From: Hydrogenophaga sp.
GTDB lineage: Bacteria > Pseudomonadota > Gammaproteobacteria > Burkholderiales > Burkholderiaceae_C
Length of the DNA: 64,000 nt
Assembly: GCA_016790705.1 (NCBI GenBank)
Contig: JAEUOT010000070.1
Span: 11,036-75,035 of the forward strand
Direction of reading: 5' to 3'
This document shows, in pieces, positions 41,770 to 51,899 of this stretch. Position numbers and translations under genes: made by a program. Below the pieces are notes generated by a model that was not told where the DNA came from, did not search any database, and saw only the letters and a list, made by a program, of their open reading frames with translations. Positions within the stretch are counted from its first letter, which is position 1. Each line of letters begins with the position of its first letter.

Positions 41770-42621
41770 TCAATACGTATACACGCCCTTGCCGGTCTTG
41801 CGGCCCAGCCAGCCGGCGGCGACCAGCTCCTTGAGCAGCGGCGCGGGGCGGTATTTGCTGTCGTTGAACTCGGCCATGTAGACGTTCATCACCGCCAGGC
41901 ACACGTCCAGGCCGATCATGTCGGCCAGCGCCAGCGGGCCGATGGGCTGGTTGGTGCCCAGCTTCATGCCGGCGTCGATGTCCTCCGGCGTCGCCACGCC
42001 TTCGGCGAGCACGAAGAAGGCCTCGTTGATCATGGGCACCAGGATGCGGTTGACCACGAAACCGGGGGCGTTCTTCACCGTGATCGGCGTCTTGCCCAGG
42101 GCCTCGGAGAGCGCCTTGACGGCGTCGTGCGTGGCGTCGCTGGTCTGCAGGCCGCGGATGATCTCCACCAGCGCCATCATGGGCACCGGGTTGAAGAAGT
42201 GCATGCCGATGAACTTGTCGGCGCGTTTCGTCGCAGCGGCCAGCTTGGTGATGGAAATCGAGCTGGTGTTGGTGGCGACGATCACCTCGGGCGCCAGGAT
42301 GCCGTCGAGCTGCTGCAGGATCTTGACCTTCAGGCCTTCGTTTTCGGTCGCGGCTTCGATGACGAGCTGTGCGCCCTTGAGGTCGTCGTAGCTGGTCGAG
42401 CCTTTGATCAGCGCCAGCGCGGCGGCCTTGCCTTCGGCGGTCAGCTTCTCTTTCTTGATCAGTCGGTCCAGGCTGCCGGCCACCGTGGCCAGGCCCTTGT
42501 CCACCGCGGCCTGGGCCACGTCGACCATGACGACGCGGATGCCGCTGACGGCGCAGGCTTGCGCGATGCCGTTGCCCATGGTGCCGGCGCCGATGATGCC
42601 GACGGTCTGGATGCTGCTCAT
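41770..42621 (-). CDS. 3-hydroxybutyryl-CoA dehydrogenase
   Basis: GAGTMGNG, NTSSISI, GMHFFNP, PGFVVNR, GPLALAD. Confidence 0.93.
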   Translation of the reverse strand: MSSIQTVGIIGAGTMGNGIAQACAVSGIRVVMVDVAQAAVDKGLATVAGSLDRLIKKEKLTAEGKAAALALIKGSTSYDDLKGAQLVIEAATENEGLKVKILQQLDGILAPEVIVATNTSSISITKLAAATKRADKFIGMHFFNPVPMMALVEIIRGLQTSDATHDAVKALSEALGKTPITVKNAPGFVVNRILVPMINEAFFVLAEGVATPEDIDAGMKLGTNQPIGPLALADMIGLDVCLAVMNVYMAEFNDSKYRPAPLLKELVAAGWLGRKTGKGVYTY

Positions 42622-42771
42622 GTGGGAATCACTCCTGAAAGATGAGGGTAAAGACGGAGGCGCTCTAGGCGGGCCAGCCTACTGCGGCGAAATGCCCTGT
42701 GCTACCTTGCCCGGCATTGTCGCGCAGCGTCTTGCACCGGCATGACAGGCGCGCGACGCCCAGGAGACCGC

Positions 42772-44412
42772 ATGTTTGATTTCATCGTTGTCGGTGGCGG
42801 GTCCGCCGGCTCTGTGCTGGCCGGTCGGCTGAGCGAGGACCCGGCGGTGCGCGTGGCGCTGCTGGAGGCCGGTCCGGCCGACCACAGCGTGCTGATCCAC
42901 TGTCCCGCCGGTCTGGCGCTGATGGCCAAGTACCAGCTCAATGGCTGGGACTATTCGACAGTGCCGCAGCCCGGTCTGCACGGCCGGCGCGGTTACCAGC
43001 CGCGCGGCAAGGTGCTCGGCGGCTCCAGTTCGATCAACGCGATGATCTACGCGCGCGGCCACGCCAGCGATTACGACGCGTGGGCCGAGGCGGGCAACCC
43101 GGGCTGGTCGTTCCAGGACGTGTTGCCGTACTTCAAGCGCGCGGAGCACAACGAACGGGGCGCCGACGCGCTGCACGGCACGGGCGGACCGCTCAACGTC
43201 ATGGATCTGCGTTCGCCCAACCCGGTGCTGCCGGACTTCATCGAAGCCGGGCGACAGGCCGGCTACCCGGTCAATCACGACTTCAACGGCCCCGATCAGG
43301 AAGGCATCGGCGCCTACCAGGTCACGCACAAGAACGGCGAACGCTTCAGCGCCGCCAAGGCCTATCTGACGCCGAACCTGGGGCGCCCGAACCTGCAGGT
43401 GATCACGGGCGCGCACACCACCCGGGTCCTGACCGAGCGACGGGAGGGACAGTTGGTCGCGGTGGGTGTCGAGTACCGGCCCCAGGGCGGCCGCGGGGCG
43501 GTCCAGACGCTCGCGCTTCGTCCGGGCGGCGAGGTGCTGCTCAGCGCGGGGGCGTTCGGTTCGCCGCAGTTGCTGATGCTCTCGGGCATCGGGCCGGCCT
43601 CCCACCTGCAGCAGCTTGGCGTGCCGGTGCAGGCGGCGCTCGACGGGGTGGGCGGGAACCTGCACGATCACCCGGACGTGGTGCTGGTGGTGAACGCGCC
43701 GCGTCTGACCGACCTGTTCGGTCTGTCGCTGACCGGCGCGGCGAACATTGCCCGTGGCGTGGCGCAATGGCGCAGCCAGCGCAGCGGCATGCTGACCACC
43801 AACTTCGCCGAGGCGGGCGGCTTTGTCCGCAGCGGACCCGAGGAATCGATCCCTGACCTGCAACTGCACTTTGTCGTCGGCAAGCTGGTCGACCATGGCC
43901 GCAAGACGGTGCTGGGCCACGGCTACTCCTGTCACGTCTGCCTGCTGCGTCCCCGGAGCCGGGGCACGCTGCGGCTGGCCAGCCGCGACCCGCAGGTGGC
44001 GCCGCTGATCGATCCGGCGTTCCTGCAGGACCCGGACGATGTCGCGCGCCTGGTGCGCGGCTTCAAGCTCACGCGTTCCCTGTTGCAGCAGCCGGCGCTG
44101 GCTCGCCACGGGGGAGTCGAGTCGGCCGCTTCGCGCGAGGCCCTGAACGACGCCCAGATCGAACAGTTCATCCGGTACCACGCGGACACCATCTACCACC
44201 CGGTCGGCACCTGCCGCATGGGGCCGGACCCCGCGGCCGGCGCGGTGGTGGATGCCCGGTTGCGAGTCCACGGCGTCGGCGGGCTGCGTGTGGTGGACGC
44301 TTCTGTCATGCCCACCATCGTCGGCGGCAACACCAATGCACCGGTCATCATGATGGGTGAAAAGGCGGTCGATATGATCCGGGCTGATCACTCCCGAGGG
44401 CCTGCGCCATGA
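42772..44412 (+). CDS. GMC oxidoreductase (choline/alcohol dehydrogenase-like)
   Basis: GGGSAG, RGKVLGGSSSINAM, YHPVGTC, GNTNAP; AGGAG RBS. Confidence 0.93.
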   Translation: MFDFIVVGGGSAGSVLAGRLSEDPAVRVALLEAGPADHSVLIHCPAGLALMAKYQLNGWDYSTVPQPGLHGRRGYQPRGKVLGGSSSINAMIYARGHASDYDAWAEAGNPGWSFQDVLPYFKRAEHNERGADALHGTGGPLNVMDLRSPNPVLPDFIEAGRQAGYPVNHDFNGPDQEGIGAYQVTHKNGERFSAAKAYLTPNLGRPNLQVITGAHTTRVLTERREGQLVAVGVEYRPQGGRGAVQTLALRPGGEVLLSAGAFGSPQLLMLSGIGPASHLQQLGVPVQAALDGVGGNLHDHPDVVLVVNAPRLTDLFGLSLTGAANIARGVAQWRSQRSGMLTTNFAEAGGFVRSGPEESIPDLQLHFVVGKLVDHGRKTVLGHGYSCHVCLLRPRSRGTLRLASRDPQVAPLIDPAFLQDPDDVARLVRGFKLTRSLLQQPALARHGGVESAASREALNDAQIEQFIRYHADTIYHPVGTCRMGPDPAAGAVVDARLRVHGVGGLRVVDASVMPTIVGGNTNAPVIMMGEKAVDMIRADHSRGPAP

Positions 44413-44711
44413 TGCTTGAACACGCCGACATCCGTATCGATCCCGCCAGGGCCGCCGACTTCGAGACGGCCATCCTGCACGGCGTGCGCACCGTGATCGC
44501 GCACGCCAGGGGCTTCCAGGGCTTCAAGGTCAACCGCAGCATCGAGTCGCCCGGTCGCTACATCCTCACCATCTACTGGGACACGCTGGAAGACCACACG
44601 GTGGGGTTCCGCCAGTCGCCCGCCTTTGGCGAATGGCGGGCGATCGTCGGCCCATTCTTTGTCCAGCCCCCGGTGGTGGAGCACCTGGAACTGGTGGGCA
44701 AGTCCGACTGA
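44409..44711 (+). CDS. Antibiotic biosynthesis monooxygenase (ABM) domain protein
   Basis: ARGFQG, WDTLEDHTVGFRQS; ATGA overlap with the GMC gene. Confidence 0.85.
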   Translation: MMLEHADIRIDPARAADFETAILHGVRTVIAHARGFQGFKVNRSIESPGRYILTIYWDTLEDHTVGFRQSPAFGEWRAIVGPFFVQPPVVEHLELVGKSD

Positions 44712-44762
44712 CCCCGACGTTCCTCCGTCATCCACCGGTGCCGGCGCCGGTCCGGCGGGGGG

Positions 44763-47354
44763 TCAGAACTTGAGGAAGATCGCGCCCACGCTCTTATCGC
44801 CAGACATGGAGACGGTGCAGCTTCCGGTTCCCGAGCAGGCGCCGGTCCATTTCGAGAACCGCCACCCGGCGCTTGGCGTGGCCTTGAGGGTCACGCTGCT
44901 GGTGTTGGCGATCAGGGTCTTGCACTGACCGTTGCAGTCGACGGCCGGTCCGACGATGCGACCCCCGGTGGCGCCCGAGACCGTGGTGGTCAGGGTGGAG
45001 CGGACTTTCTTGAAGTTCGCGGAGACACGGGACGCTGCCTTGAGGGTCACGGAGCAGGTGCCGGTGCCGCTGCAGGCGCCTTTCCAGCCGACGAAGCTGG
45101 AGGCGGCATCGGGGCTCGCTGTCAGGTGTACCACCGTGCCGTAGAGGAACTTGACGCTGCAGGCGGCGCCACAGACCGTGCCCGAGTTCTGGATCGTCGC
45201 GGTGCCATTGCCGTTGCCGGTCCGCGAATAGCTCATCGCGTAGGGGATCAGGTCGAACCGTGCGCCCACCGTTTTTGCGGCGGCCATGGTCACGCTGCAG
45301 GTGCTCGTGCCGGCACAGGCGCCGGTCCAGCCGACGAACTTCGAACCGGTGGACGCCTTGGCGGTCAGCTTGACCACGCTGCCGGCGGCCATGTTGGCGC
45401 TGCAGGTGCTGCCGCAACTGATGCCTGCCGGACTGGAGCTGACGCTGCCGGCGCCCGCGCCGCTGCGCGTCACGCTCAGGAGATGGTGCGAGGGCTCGAA
45501 GGTGGCGGTGACGCTGCGGGCGGCCGTCATCGCGACGGTGCAACTGCCGGTGCCGCTGCAGGCACCGCTCCAGCCGACGAAGCGCGATCCGCTGGCGACG
45601 ATGGCCGTCAGGGTGACGCTGGTGCCGCCGGTGTAGCTGGCGCTGCAGGTGCTGCCGCACTGGATGCCCGACGGCAGGCTGGTCACGGTGCCGCTGCCGC
45701 TGCCGGCGCGGGTGACGCTCAGCGAATAGGTCTGGGCCTGGAACTGGGCGTTGACCTGTTTGGCCTCGCTCATCGTGACCGTGCAGCTTCCTGTGCCGCT
45801 GCAGGCGCCGCTCCAGCCGCTGAACACCGAGCCGGTCGAGGCGGTCGCGGTGAGAGTGACCTGGGTGCCGTCGGCGTAGATCTCGTTGCAGTCGCCGCCG
45901 CACAGGATGCCCGCAGGCGCGGAGGACACGATGCCGCTGCCGGTGCCCGTGCGTGCAACGGTCAGCGTGCGCGGGTTGGCGACCAGGAAGCCGGCCTGCA
46001 ACCGTTTCAGTCCGCTGACCGAACCGCCGGCGCGGGTGTCGTTCATGGTGATCGCCTGCTGGCGCAGCAGGGCCAGTCCCTCGCTGACCGAGAGGTTCGG
46101 TTGCATCTGCTTGAGCAGGGCCCAGGCACCGGCCACGTGCGGCGTGGCCATCGAGGTGCCGTTGAAGGTCTGGTAGCCGTTGCCGGGGACCGAGGAGCGG
46201 ATGTAGCTGCCCGGCGCGACCAGGGACACGAAGGAGGCGATGTTGGAATACGACGCGACACCGCCGACGCCCGTGGCGCAGGCGCTGGCATCGGGTCCGG
46301 CGTCGCAGTGCGCGCCGACGCTGATGGCGCTGGAGATGCAGGCCGGTGCCGAGATCGCGTTGGTCCAGCCGTCGTTGCCGCTGGCGATCACGGTGGCGAT
46401 GCCGGCGTTGCGCAGGTTGTCGATGGCGGTCTTCAGCGCCGCCCGGTCGGCGTCGCAGGTCGCGGTGAATTTGCCGCCGCCCAGGCTCATGTTGACGGCC
46501 GCGATCTTGTAGGTGTCCCGCAACTCATAGACCCGCTCCAGCGCCTTGATCTGGTCGCTGGTGTAGGACATCACGGCATTGGCCGCGGGGAACTGGCTGA
46601 ACACCTGGATGGCGATGATCTGTGCGCCGGGGGCCACGCCGTAGGTGCCGGGACTGCCGGCGTTGCCGGCGACGATCCCCGCGACGTGGGTGCCGTGGGT
46701 GCAGCCGGAGATGCTGGTGGCGCAGTTTTTGCCCGAGTCGGTCGACGTGCTTTCGGTCACGCCACCCGGACACAGCGACTTGGACTCCGACGTGTTGGAC
46801 GAGTAGCAGGCCTCCGACACCACCTTGCCCGCGAGCATCGGGTGCGTCTTGTCGACGCCGGTGTCGAGGATGGCCACGGTCTGGCCGGTGCCCGTGACGC
46901 CCGATGCCCAGGCCTGCGTGGCGCCGGTGAGCACGGTGCTTTCGGCCAGGGTCAGCGGGACCGCCACATCCTCCTCGATGCTGACCACGTCGGGCGAGGC
47001 GCGCAGGCGAGCGAGCGTGTTGACGTCGACCTCGGCGGCCATGTGGGGCTGGTGTCGGAACCGGGTCAGCACGCGCGAGTAGCTCCCGCGCACCATGTCC
47101 GCCTCGACCCGGTCCTGCGCGCGGGACACGCGTCGGCGCCGTTCGCCGTCGGTCGGACGCACCATGCCGGGAACATCCGGCGTGGTCGTGTCGACCTTCA
47201 GTCCGATCAGCACGCGGGTGCGCCCCTCGGCCGCGGCGCGCGCGGTCAGGCGGTCGAGATCGTGAGATGGTCTGGGTTGCGCGTGCAGCAGGCCACTGGC
47301 GAGCAGCAACGCACACACGAGCAGACGCCTGCCACGCAGGATGGACAACAGCAT
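44763..47354 (-). CDS. Secreted S8 subtilase with five C-terminal Cys-containing beta repeats (divergent InlB B-repeat-like)
   Basis: Signal peptide, propeptide, catalytic triad ILDTG / HGTHVAG / GTSMATP; five ~78-aa repeats ending F.GW.GACSGTG.C.V.M. Confidence 0.92.
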   Translation of the reverse strand: MLLSILRGRRLLVCALLLASGLLHAQPRPSHDLDRLTARAAAEGRTRVLIGLKVDTTTPDVPGMVRPTDGERRRRVSRAQDRVEADMVRGSYSRVLTRFRHQPHMAAEVDVNTLARLRASPDVVSIEEDVAVPLTLAESTVLTGATQAWASGVTGTGQTVAILDTGVDKTHPMLAGKVVSEACYSSNTSESKSLCPGGVTESTSTDSGKNCATSISGCTHGTHVAGIVAGNAGSPGTYGVAPGAQIIAIQVFSQFPAANAVMSYTSDQIKALERVYELRDTYKIAAVNMSLGGGKFTATCDADRAALKTAIDNLRNAGIATVIASGNDGWTNAISAPACISSAISVGAHCDAGPDASACATGVGGVASYSNIASFVSLVAPGSYIRSSVPGNGYQTFNGTSMATPHVAGAWALLKQMQPNLSVSEGLALLRQQAITMNDTRAGGSVSGLKRLQAGFLVANPRTLTVARTGTGSGIVSSAPAGILCGGDCNEIYADGTQVTLTATASTGSVFSGWSGACSGTGSCTVTMSEAKQVNAQFQAQTYSLSVTRAGSGSGTVTSLPSGIQCGSTCSASYTGGTSVTLTAIVASGSRFVGWSGACSGTGSCTVAMTAARSVTATFEPSHHLLSVTRSGAGAGSVSSSPAGISCGSTCSANMAAGSVVKLTAKASTGSKFVGWTGACAGTSTCSVTMAAAKTVGARFDLIPYAMSYSRTGNGNGTATIQNSGTVCGAACSVKFLYGTVVHLTASPDAASSFVGWKGACSGTGTCSVTLKAASRVSANFKKVRSTLTTTVSGATGGRIVGPAVDCNGQCKTLIANTSSVTLKATPSAGWRFSKWTGACSGTGSCTVSMSGDKSVGAIFLKF

Positions 47355-47457
47355 GAAATACCCCCGGTCAAAGCACCCGGCACCAATGGCGTTCAACCGG
47401 GTTTCGTCTGGGGTATCGGCACGGGGCGGCGCAACTTGAGACCGCCGGACCGGCGGT

Positions 47458-48390
47458 TCAGTTGCGCGTCGCGCGCTGTCGCATCAGCGTGGATTTGCCG
47501 AACAGGCTCTCGATCAGGTCCACGGCCAGTTCGGCGGTGCGGTTTTTCACGTCCAGCGCGGGGTTGAGTTCCATCACGTCCAGCGAGGCCAGGCGCCCCG
47601 TGTCCGCGATCATCTCCATGCACAACTGGGCCTCGCGGTAGGTCGGGCCGCCGGGGACGGTGGTGCCCACGCCCGGCGCGATGTCGGGGTCGAGAAAGTC
47701 GACATCGAAGCTCACGTGCAGGTGGGTGTTGTCGTCAACGCCCATCAGCGCCTGCTCCATGGTGTGGCGCATGCCCATCTCGTCGATGTAGCGCATGTCG
47801 AACACCTCCAGCCCGGCCTCGTGCACAAAGCGCTTTTCGCCCGGGTCCACGCTGCGGATGCCGATCTGGCGCACCATGCCGGCGTCGATGGCGGGGGTGT
47901 GCCCGCCGATGCCGGTAAGCGCCGCCGGGCCGTGGCCGCAGAGGCAGGCGACCGGCATGCCGTGGATGTTGCCGCTGGGCGTGAGGGCTGCGGTGTTGAA
48001 GTCGGCGTGGGCGTCCAGCCAGAGCACGCGCAGCCGCTTGCCCTTTTCGCGGCAGTGGCGGGCCACCGCGCTGATCGAGCCCATGCCCAGGCAATGGTCG
48101 CCACCGAGCACGATCGGCAGGTGGCCCAGCGCCAGTTCGGCCAACACGGCGGTGTGCAGCGTGCTGTTCCAGCTCACCACCTCGTTCAGATGCCGGTAGC
48201 CATCGACCGGAGGCAGCCAGGGGTTGGCCGGCCCGGTCAGGTTGCCGCGGTCGATCACGTTCAGACCGTGGCTTTGCAGGACCGGTCCGATGCCCGCCAC
48301 CCGCAGGGCCTCCGGGCCCATCGAGGCCCCGCGCGCACCCGCGCCGATGTCGGTGGGAACGCCGATAAGGCTGACAGTCGTTGGGGTCAC
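47458..48390 (-). CDS. rocF: Arginase
   Basis: GGDH, DAHADFN, GNIHGMP, SFDVDFLDP, ELNP; GTG start after GAGAGG. Confidence 0.93.
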   Translation of the reverse strand: MTPTTVSLIGVPTDIGAGARGASMGPEALRVAGIGPVLQSHGLNVIDRGNLTGPANPWLPPVDGYRHLNEVVSWNSTLHTAVLAELALGHLPIVLGGDHCLGMGSISAVARHCREKGKRLRVLWLDAHADFNTAALTPSGNIHGMPVACLCGHGPAALTGIGGHTPAIDAGMVRQIGIRSVDPGEKRFVHEAGLEVFDMRYIDEMGMRHTMEQALMGVDDNTHLHVSFDVDFLDPDIAPGVGTTVPGGPTYREAQLCMEMIADTGRLASLDVMELNPALDVKNRTAELAVDLIESLFGKSTLMRQRATRN

Positions 48391-48467
48391 GGGGCACCTC
48401 TCGCAGGGATGGTCTGGGTCGCGGAAACAGCCGGATGTTACCGGCGCTCCGTGGTCTTGCGCTCGCC

Positions 48468-51400
48468 TCAGGCCAGCGGCAGGTCGATGTGGAAGCTGGC
48501 GCCCTGACCGGGCGCACTTTCCGCGCGGATGTGGCCTTCCATGCGCTCCACCGCCTTTCGCACCAGCGCCAGGCCGATGCCGGTGCCGGGAATCTGGTCC
48601 TGTCGGTGCAGCCGCTGGAACATGTCGAAGATGCGGTCGTGGTGCTGCATGTCGAATCCCATGCCGCGGTCCGACACGCTCAAGTGGACCCGGTCGCCCT
48701 GAGCCCGCGCGTGGATCCGGATCTGCGGCGCATCGCCGGCCCCCGTGAACTTCAGCGCGTTGTCGATCAGGTTGCGCAGCACGATGGCCAGCCCCTGCGG
48801 GTCGGCCCGCACCTGCAGGTCCTCGGGCACGTCCACCGTCACCGTCCCCTTGCGCGCGGTCATCTCGTCCTCGAACGGCCCGAGCACGGTGTGCGCGCAT
48901 TGTTCGATCGAGACCGGCACGTGGCGTTCGGTGACCTGTTGCAGGCGCGAGTAGGTCAGCAGATCGCTGACCAGTTGCGACATGTGCAGGGTCGCACGCT
49001 GGATGCGCTGCAGGTAGTCGCGACCCCGCGCATCGAGATGCGGGGCATAGTCCTCCAGCAGCAGGGCGCTGAAGCCCTCGATGCCGCGCAGCGGGGTGCG
49101 CAGGTCGTGCGAGGCCGAGTAGTTGAAGGACTCCAGCTCGCGGTTGACCGCCTGCAGGCGCTGCACGCTCTCGTTGAGCTGCTGGGTGCGCTCATCGACC
49201 TTCTGCTCCAGTTGGCCCGTCAGCGCGCGCAGTTGCCCCTGGGCGCGGCTGCGTTCCTGCACGCTGACCAGCATCTGCGTGAACAACTGCAGCAGGTTGA
49301 TCTGCTCCGCATCGAAGCTGCGCTTGTCGTGCACCGAATCCACGCACACGTACCCCAGGCAGGTGTCGGCCCCTGTCAGCGGCAGCGTCACCAGGCTGCG
49401 GACGCCCCGCTGGCGCAGCAGGTCCTTGAGTTCGCCGTCGGGCAAGGCCTCGGCATCGGGCACGCTGACCATCTCGCCGCGCTGATGGGCCGCCAGCCAG
49501 CCGGGCGCGGCGTCCAGTGGCAGCCGCTGCATCTGCTCGCGCAGGGCCGGCACACCCTCGGCGCACCACTCATGCGTGTTCGACCGGGTGCCCGAGTCGA
49601 AGTCGTAGGCGCACAGGCTCACCCGATCGGCCGCCACGAAACGGCCCAGATCGCCCAGCGCCTCCTGGACCGCCGGGTCCATCTGCTGCACCGGCAGGTT
49701 GATGAAGCGGTTGGCCAGCCGGAACAGCAGCAGCACGAAGCCGCTCAGGCGCTCACGCTCCCGCAAGGTGTTCTGCTGCTCGGTGGTGTCTCGCACCAGG
49801 AACATGCACTGATCCCCCTGCGGCAGCCACGCCAGACGCGCGTTGAAGTCGCGCGTTCCCTCCGGCAGGTCCAGACGGTAGTCCAGCTCCTGCAAGCCCG
49901 CGTCCTGCGCACGCTCCATGGCCGCCCGCAGCCGGCTCACCAGCGGCAGCGGCATCACCTCCTCGATGCTGCGCCCGAGGAACTCCTCCGGGCGCCGGTA
50001 GAGGCGATCGTTCGAGCCCGCCTGGAAGAAGATGAAGCGTCGCTCGCGGTCGACCACGAACAGCATGTCCTGCAGCACATCGAACACCTGCTTGAGGGTG
50101 GCGCTGCGCTCTCTGGCCGTGGCTTCCGCCTCGCGCAGCTCGGTCATGTCCAGGCATGAACCGATGTAGCCGATGAAGCGCCGGTCCGCGTCGTAGCGGG
50201 GGCGCCCCTGCTCGTGCAGCCACCGGTACTGCCCGTCGTGGCGCCGCATCCGGTACTCCAGGCTGTAGGCCTTGCGGGCCGCAAAAGCCTCGTCATACAC
50301 CCTGCCGCAGCGCTCGCGGTCCTGGGGGTGCAGATCGTCGAGCCAGGGGGTGGCGCGCTCGGTGGCCATGTCGCGTCCGGTGAAGCTCAGCCACGCGTGG
50401 TTGAGCCATTCCCGGCGCTGTTGCTCGTCGACCGTCCAGGCAAGCGCCGCCGAGGCGTTGGCGACCGTGTCCAGATGCTGCAGGAGCTGGCGCTGCGACT
50501 GTTCGAGCCGGTGCCGCTCGGTGGTCTCGAAAATGGTGCCGGCGACACGGACGGCGCGCCCCTGCTCGTTCCAGTCCGCCTGGCCCTCGATCTCGTACCA
50601 GTGCGCGACGCCCTGGGCGTCCAGCAGGCGGAACTCGGTGGCCAGCGGTGTCCGGTCGTGAAAATGCCGGCTCAGGTGGGCCCGCAGCTCCGGCAGGTCC
50701 TGCTCGCTGACGGCGCTGGTGAATGCGTCGACCATCTCGGCGGAGGAGACCATGGCGTGGCCCAGGTCCAGCCAGACGCGGGCCGGGAAATCGAGTGTGC
50801 CGGCGCTCAGGTCCCACTCCCAGACCTGCCCCGAGGCCAGCGCCAGCCGCAGCCGCTGTTCGCTGCGGGCCAGCCGGGCCTGCGAGCGGGCCAGCCGCCA
50901 GCCGCCCCAGCCCAGCGCCAGCGACAGCAGCACGGCAAACCCTGCCACCCAGGGCCAGCGACGCGACCAGCCGACCAGCACATCGTCCACCCCGAATCCG
51001 TAGGCCACCACCAGGGAATCGGCCGGCGCCGGCAGTCGCTGGAACGCCGTGCGTCGCGGGATACCATCAAGCTCCCCGGGCGTCGCGAACACGCCTCGCT
51101 CGCTGGCGTGCATGGCGTCGGCGATCCGTCCGCCCACGGGACGGCCCATCTGCTCCGGGGTGTACGGCGCCCGCGCCAGAACAGTCACCCGGCCGTCCGG
51201 GTCCAGCCGGAACAGCGCCGCACCGCCGCCGGGCGGCATCCGCTCGCTGTCCAGGCGCTGCAGCAGGGCGGACAGGGAGAACTCCGCGCGGTAGCCCGTC
51301 AGCCCCTGGCCCGGGGTGGACGGTCGCCAGTCCATGGGCAGCACACCCTTTTCATTCGTGCCACTGGGGGGCTGGGCCTGCCAGTGGGGCGTGCCGGCGT

Positions 51401-51839
51401 CCTGTGACGCTGCCTTGCCTTGCAGCATCGCGTGGTGCAGGGCGTCTGCCAGCTCGACGCGTTGACCCGCCGGGTCGAGGCCATGCAGTTCGAACGGGAT
51501 GGCTAGGGCCGACAGCAACTCCGAATGTTCGAGCAGGTGGTGCGCGATGTTCTCGCGGCTGCTGCCCGGCTGGCGGGCCAGCGCGTCAGTCAGTTCGATG
51601 ACCCGCTTCGCCAACGCCAGCGACTGGGAGAGATCGTTGGTGAGCCGGCCGACGCGCCGCAGCGCCACGGCTTCCGCCTGTTGCAAGGTCTGCTGACGCT
51701 CGCTCCAGACCAGCAGGCCCGCCGCGCCGAGGATCAGGGCGATGCCCAGGCCGGTGAGCCAGAGCACCGGGCGGGCGCCGGGGCTGCGTGTGCTGGAAGC
51801 GGAGAGGGGCGAGGGCTGCGGCTGGTCAGGACGGGGCAT
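48468..51839 (-). CDS. Multi-sensor histidine kinase (Cache-like, 3 PAS, GAF, HisKA, HATPase)
   Basis: Two TM helices, VWEWD, LHPQD..EYRMRRHDG, NTHEWCA GAF, SHDLRTPLR, GTGIGL; start uncertain. Confidence 0.88.
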   Translation of the reverse strand: MPRPDQPQPSPLSASSTRSPGARPVLWLTGLGIALILGAAGLLVWSERQQTLQQAEAVALRRVGRLTNDLSQSLALAKRVIELTDALARQPGSSRENIAHHLLEHSELLSALAIPFELHGLDPAGQRVELADALHHAMLQGKAASQDAGTPHWQAQPPSGTNEKGVLPMDWRPSTPGQGLTGYRAEFSLSALLQRLDSERMPPGGGAALFRLDPDGRVTVLARAPYTPEQMGRPVGGRIADAMHASERGVFATPGELDGIPRRTAFQRLPAPADSLVVAYGFGVDDVLVGWSRRWPWVAGFAVLLSLALGWGGWRLARSQARLARSEQRLRLALASGQVWEWDLSAGTLDFPARVWLDLGHAMVSSAEMVDAFTSAVSEQDLPELRAHLSRHFHDRTPLATEFRLLDAQGVAHWYEIEGQADWNEQGRAVRVAGTIFETTERHRLEQSQRQLLQHLDTVANASAALAWTVDEQQRREWLNHAWLSFTGRDMATERATPWLDDLHPQDRERCGRVYDEAFAARKAYSLEYRMRRHDGQYRWLHEQGRPRYDADRRFIGYIGSCLDMTELREAEATARERSATLKQVFDVLQDMLFVVDRERRFIFFQAGSNDRLYRRPEEFLGRSIEEVMPLPLVSRLRAAMERAQDAGLQELDYRLDLPEGTRDFNARLAWLPQGDQCMFLVRDTTEQQNTLRERERLSGFVLLLFRLANRFINLPVQQMDPAVQEALGDLGRFVAADRVSLCAYDFDSGTRSNTHEWCAEGVPALREQMQRLPLDAAPGWLAAHQRGEMVSVPDAEALPDGELKDLLRQRGVRSLVTLPLTGADTCLGYVCVDSVHDKRSFDAEQINLLQLFTQMLVSVQERSRAQGQLRALTGQLEQKVDERTQQLNESVQRLQAVNRELESFNYSASHDLRTPLRGIEGFSALLLEDYAPHLDARGRDYLQRIQRATLHMSQLVSDLLTYSRLQQVTERHVPVSIEQCAHTVLGPFEDEMTARKGTVTVDVPEDLQVRADPQGLAIVLRNLIDNALKFTGAGDAPQIRIHARAQGDRVHLSVSDRGMGFDMQHHDRIFDMFQRLHRQDQIPGTGIGLALVRKAVERMEGHIRAESAPGQGASFHIDLPLA

Positions 51840-51899
51840 GGAAGGCGCTGCGTCGGTGGGTCGTTGGCACGACACACCGGCAGCGCTGCCGCGCCGGTG

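Noticed and set aside
44770-45970. Tandem DNA repeats as a possible CRISPR or VNTR
   Set aside because: They are the in-frame protein repeats of the subtilase; no repeat-spacer structure and no cas genes.
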